A stretch of DNA of 64,000 nucleotides, from positions 1,302,001 to 1,366,000 of the forward strand of contig JAWMAR010000427.1 of the NCBI GenBank assembly GCA_036785375.1. The letters are read 5' to 3'. The position numbers were made by a program, and so were the translations under genes. Numbering within the stretch: position 1 is the stretch's first letter; every line of letters starts with the position of its first letter. Below, in pieces: positions 59,962-64,000 of the stretch. The notes under the pieces were generated by a model. It made no database searches and was not told the DNA's origin. It saw only the letters and a program-made list of their open reading frames with translations. The DNA comes from Leucoraja ocellata. Its lineage: Eukaryota.

Positions 59962-61798
59962 AGGCTGCATTTGGAGTATTGCACCCCATTACAGGAAGGA
60001 TGTACAGATCTGGGCCTCTCCATTACAAGAAGGATATGCAGGTCTTGGCCACTGCATTACAGGAAGAATTTGCAGGTTCTGGTCAATCCATTACGGGAAA
60101 GATGTGCAGGCTTTGCAGACAGTGAAGAAAGGGTTTACCATAATGCTGCTTGGATGAGAGGGTATGATGGTGGGGCCATTTAGAGTTGTGGTCAGACTGC
60201 ATTGAAATAGGTCCTTTGACCCACCTTGTCCACGTTGACCAACACACACTCGATTATACTAATCTAGTGCCGATCTATTTCAGAACTGTCAAATCACTAG
60301 AATATAAAATTTGTGAGGTTATGTCGTAACTTTATCAAACATTGGCTAGTATGCAAGTCTGGTCATCACATTATAGGAAGGAAAATGTTTTGGGAAGGAT
60401 TCATTCTCAAAGAAAAGGGTCATAGAATTAACCACATGGAAACCACAACTTTCAGAGCATCCCATCCATGACAACCTTATCACCTAACTAACAATCCCAG
60501 CTAATATTAAGCTCTTCAACACTACACAACACGAACCAGTAACTTAAAACTCAATCCTCTCACTTTTAAAATGTGCTCTCTTGTTTCTGATACCCCTTTC
60601 ACAAGTAACAATTTTGATTATCTGCCCTAACTATGCTTCTCGTGATCTGTTAAACTCGCAAAACAGTGATTGCAGTGAGATGTTTCAGCACAACAGGGGG
60701 AGCTAAAGCTCTTGGAGTGTCTCTTGTTTCTGCATGCTTTCACTTTGGGATGGTTTAAGCAAACACCTATACAATCTTCTTCTATGTGATTGGAAATGCG
60801 ATGTCCCATCATTGAGTCATTTGGCCAAGCGGTCCTGGCTGCTAATGCAAGGAAGACAAAGCTTCCAGACTCACTCCATGTTACAAGTCACTTACTTATG
60901 CTTTAACATCTTTAATAGTATCATTTTTGCTGACGATAACCTGTGTAACAGATGAACATAGTTTGTCTGCTCCTTAATGAACAAAGCCCATTTGTTTAAA
61001 TGAATTTCTGTATTGGGACCTGTTGTGAAATTATGCTCAATGTTTGTTTTTTACTGCATATCTGAAATAAGAATGGATAATGCTGGGAAAATTGTCCTCA
61101 AGTGCTGCTTGTGAAAATAAAACAGGCAACACAAGAGACTGCAGATGCAGGAATCTGGAGCAACAAACAATCTGCTGGAGGCACGCGACGTGTTGAGCAG
61201 CATCTGTGGGGGAAAGGAAAGGAAAGGAGGGCCCTGCTACATATACTAGATATGATCGTCCATGGCAATGCCAGCATTTATTGTCCACCCCTCATTGCAA
61301 CTGAACGGAGGAGGCAGGAAGCGAAACCTGATGGAGATAAGGAAGATTACAGAGGGAATAGATAGGGTAAGGGATTAGAGGTTGAGGGGGGGTTATTGTG
61401 GATAAAATGTTTCAGCCAGAGGACAGTTGGATGCACAGCTGAGTGAGGGAGTGGACGCAGATATCCTCACAACGTTTAAAAGCATAGACTGTACACCAAT
61501 GCTGGTGAATAGGATTAGCAGAGATGGGCACTTGATGGTCGGCATGGACACGGCATCGGTCAGACCAGGAGGGGACAGCAGATTTCCGCCCATAAGGATT
61601 TTGGTGACCCACAATCCTGTGGTTTCACGGTTGCTGATCATGAGGCTGTTTTTTTTGTTAAATCCAGAATTTTATTTAATTCCTTGAATTTATATTCGCT
61701 TTCTGTCAAGATGGGATTCAAACTCATGTCTCTGGATCAATGGTCCCAAACTCTGGCCACTTGTCCAGTCCCTTAACCATAGTCCTCTAATGCTTGAT

Positions 61799-62088
61799 AT
61801 TTTAGTTTAGTTTAGTTTAGAGATACTTTGGCCCAATGAGACCACGCCGACCAATGATCCCTGTACTCTAACACTGTCCTACACACACAAGGGACAATTT
61901 ACACTTATACCAAGCCAATTAACCTACAAAACTGTATGTCTTTGAAGTGTGGGCGGAAACCGAAGAAATTCCACGTGGTTACGTGGAGAAGGAACAAACT
62001 CCGTACAGACAGCACCCGTAGTCGGGATTGGACCCAGGTCTCTGGCGCTGTGAGGTAGCAACTCTACTGCTGCGCCATCATGTCACCC
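61799..62088 (-). mobile_element. HE1/V-SINE
   Basis: (tttag)n tail, V-domain and reverse tRNA head. Confidence 0.88.
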
Positions 62089-64000
62089 TGGTTAAATTGC
62101 ACTTCAAGTTTCCAATAAAATTTGTAGTTGAAAAATCATCATGTATTACAAGTTACTCCATGTTTCTCCAATAAATGTATTCCTTGCAAAATTTCCGCCT
62201 GCAGCCTGATGCACTTTTATTAGAAGGTCGGAAAGTGGATTTAACGGCAGCTATTACAATTTTTAATAATGGTGTTCAGACCTCCAACTGGCAATAACCT
62301 GATTTAACACCAATGAAAATCACTTGAAACAATTACGCAGAAAGCAAGCATAGTTTAATTTCCTAATTAAATAAATATTTGTTGTGTGGGACATTCTGTG
62401 GTGCAGTGACCAGAGCTGCGCATATTACTCAACCAATGTTTTATAAAATTGTAACATAACCTCTGTGTTCTTATATTCTGTGCCTTCGTTAATGAAGTGA
62501 GGTATACCTAATGCCTTCTTCACTACCTTTTGTATCAGTGCAGCAACCTGTAGGGATAACCATGTTCTTCAGTGCCTCCGAGGGCTCTGCTATTTGTTGT
62601 GCATGTTTCACCCTTATAAGTCCTCACAAAGTACATCACCTAGGTGACATATTCATGCAGACATACGCACATACAATATTAAAGCAGGCCCTTCAGCCTA
62701 AAATGTTCACATCAACAATCTGCCATCTACTCACAGTAACGTCACATTAATCTACTTTTTTAAATTCCCCCCATATTCTCATCAATTCCTCCCAGATTCT
62801 ACCTCTCAACCACAATTTACAGTGGTCAATTAACTACCAACCCACACATCTTTGGAATTGTGGGAGGAAACCAGAGCACCTGGAGGAAACCTGCGTGGTC
62901 AAACAGTGCAAACTTCACACAAACACAAATTCTATACAAGGTTTGATGAACACGTGTGAGTCTGTCAGGAGGCGCTGGAACTCTGGATTGCTAGCCATTT
63001 TATTACCCCTTCCCATTCCCATTCCAACCTTTCTTTCAGCTTCTTCCACTGCCAGAGTGAGGTCATACACAAATAAAACTAATTGCTGGGTGAATTCAAT
63101 GGGTCAGGCAGCATCTGTGCAGGGAAATGCTTAGACGATATTTCAGATGAATCCAAAATACCACTGTCCATTCTCCTCCACAGATGCTGAGATCCTTCTG
63201 CACTTTGTTGTTTTGCTCAAGATTCTAGCACTTGCAGTCTCTCTACGGACATCACACAACGCCAGGATTGAACCAGGGTCTCTGGCGTGGTGAGGCAGTA
63301 CTACTCGCTGTACCTAGGAAGTCATGCACTTTCTAGGGGGGGGGGGGGTTGCCTTAATTCCAATGAAAATTCCAATGGTTTGAATAATAGTTTCAGTATT
63401 GGATGAGAAAGCGGGTTGGGGTTTTTACATTGAATTTTATTTTTTAACTGAACCATACCACTGGTTATAACTCTCTGTTGCACACTTCTGGTTCAAGTGA
63501 CAAAGGATGTCGGCTGGCAGAGAAATCAGACCTAACGATCCATAAACTGTCCTGGTATGTACTTTAATCACTTCTGTTCACACTGTGAAAGGTTTCAGTT
63601 GTCACGTAAATATAGAGCCTGCAGAGATTTACTGGAATGACACCAGGAGTGAACGTTTATAACAGTCAGGAGAGATTGAACCGATTGCGCAACTTATCCC
63701 AGAAACGGGAAGACCAAAGGTTCACCTGATAAAGGTCTTTACGATTATGGAAGCATGTGACTAAAAGAGCAGAGAAATGTTTTTAGCACCAGGCATGACC
63801 ACAGCTAGGAACTGTAAATGTAAGGTTCACTGTAATGGGGGCTGGTTACCTCTGATTGATGGCCACTGGCCAAGCATGGCAGAATTGGTTTGAGGTCTTT
63901 CAGCAGAGGCAGAGGGCAATGAGACTCTCCTGCAAGGAAGCAGGAGGTGTGTCAATTTAAAATCTCAGAACAATCTGCCTCAGATCCTTGGTGCAGTACT

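Overview
Eukaryotic, repeat-saturated DNA with no intact protein-coding gene recognised. The repeat complement (HER1-type CR1 LINE ends, HE1/V-SINEs, DeuSINE remnants, abundant Penelope-derived repeats) points to a cartilaginous fish, probably a skate or ray (inference). The window is intergenic or deep intronic. Nearly all ORFs in the track are transposon fragments or low-complexity artefacts. Recognisable elements: the 5' end of a decayed Gypsy LTR retrotransposon (1-1571, minus), Penelope-like RT and GIY-YIG fragments, Rex1/Babar, CR1, RTE and Tx1 LINE pieces, a DIRS tyrosine-recombinase retroelement 3' end (58680-59961), and non-autonomous DNA transposons with TIRs and TSDs (PIF/Harbinger, hAT, Mutator-like, P-element-like). 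Most notable: (i) the Gypsy element has no tRNA primer-binding site but carries a 10-nt site exactly complementary to the predicted start of its own transcript, suggesting self-priming; (ii) minimal hammerhead-ribozyme cores in Penelope termini, including TSD-flanked ~220-bp palindromic mini-elements; (iii) a P-element-like insertion with an 8-bp TSD and a G-rich minisatellite. All family assignments come from motif recognition by eye, not database searches, and boundaries of decayed repeats are approximate.
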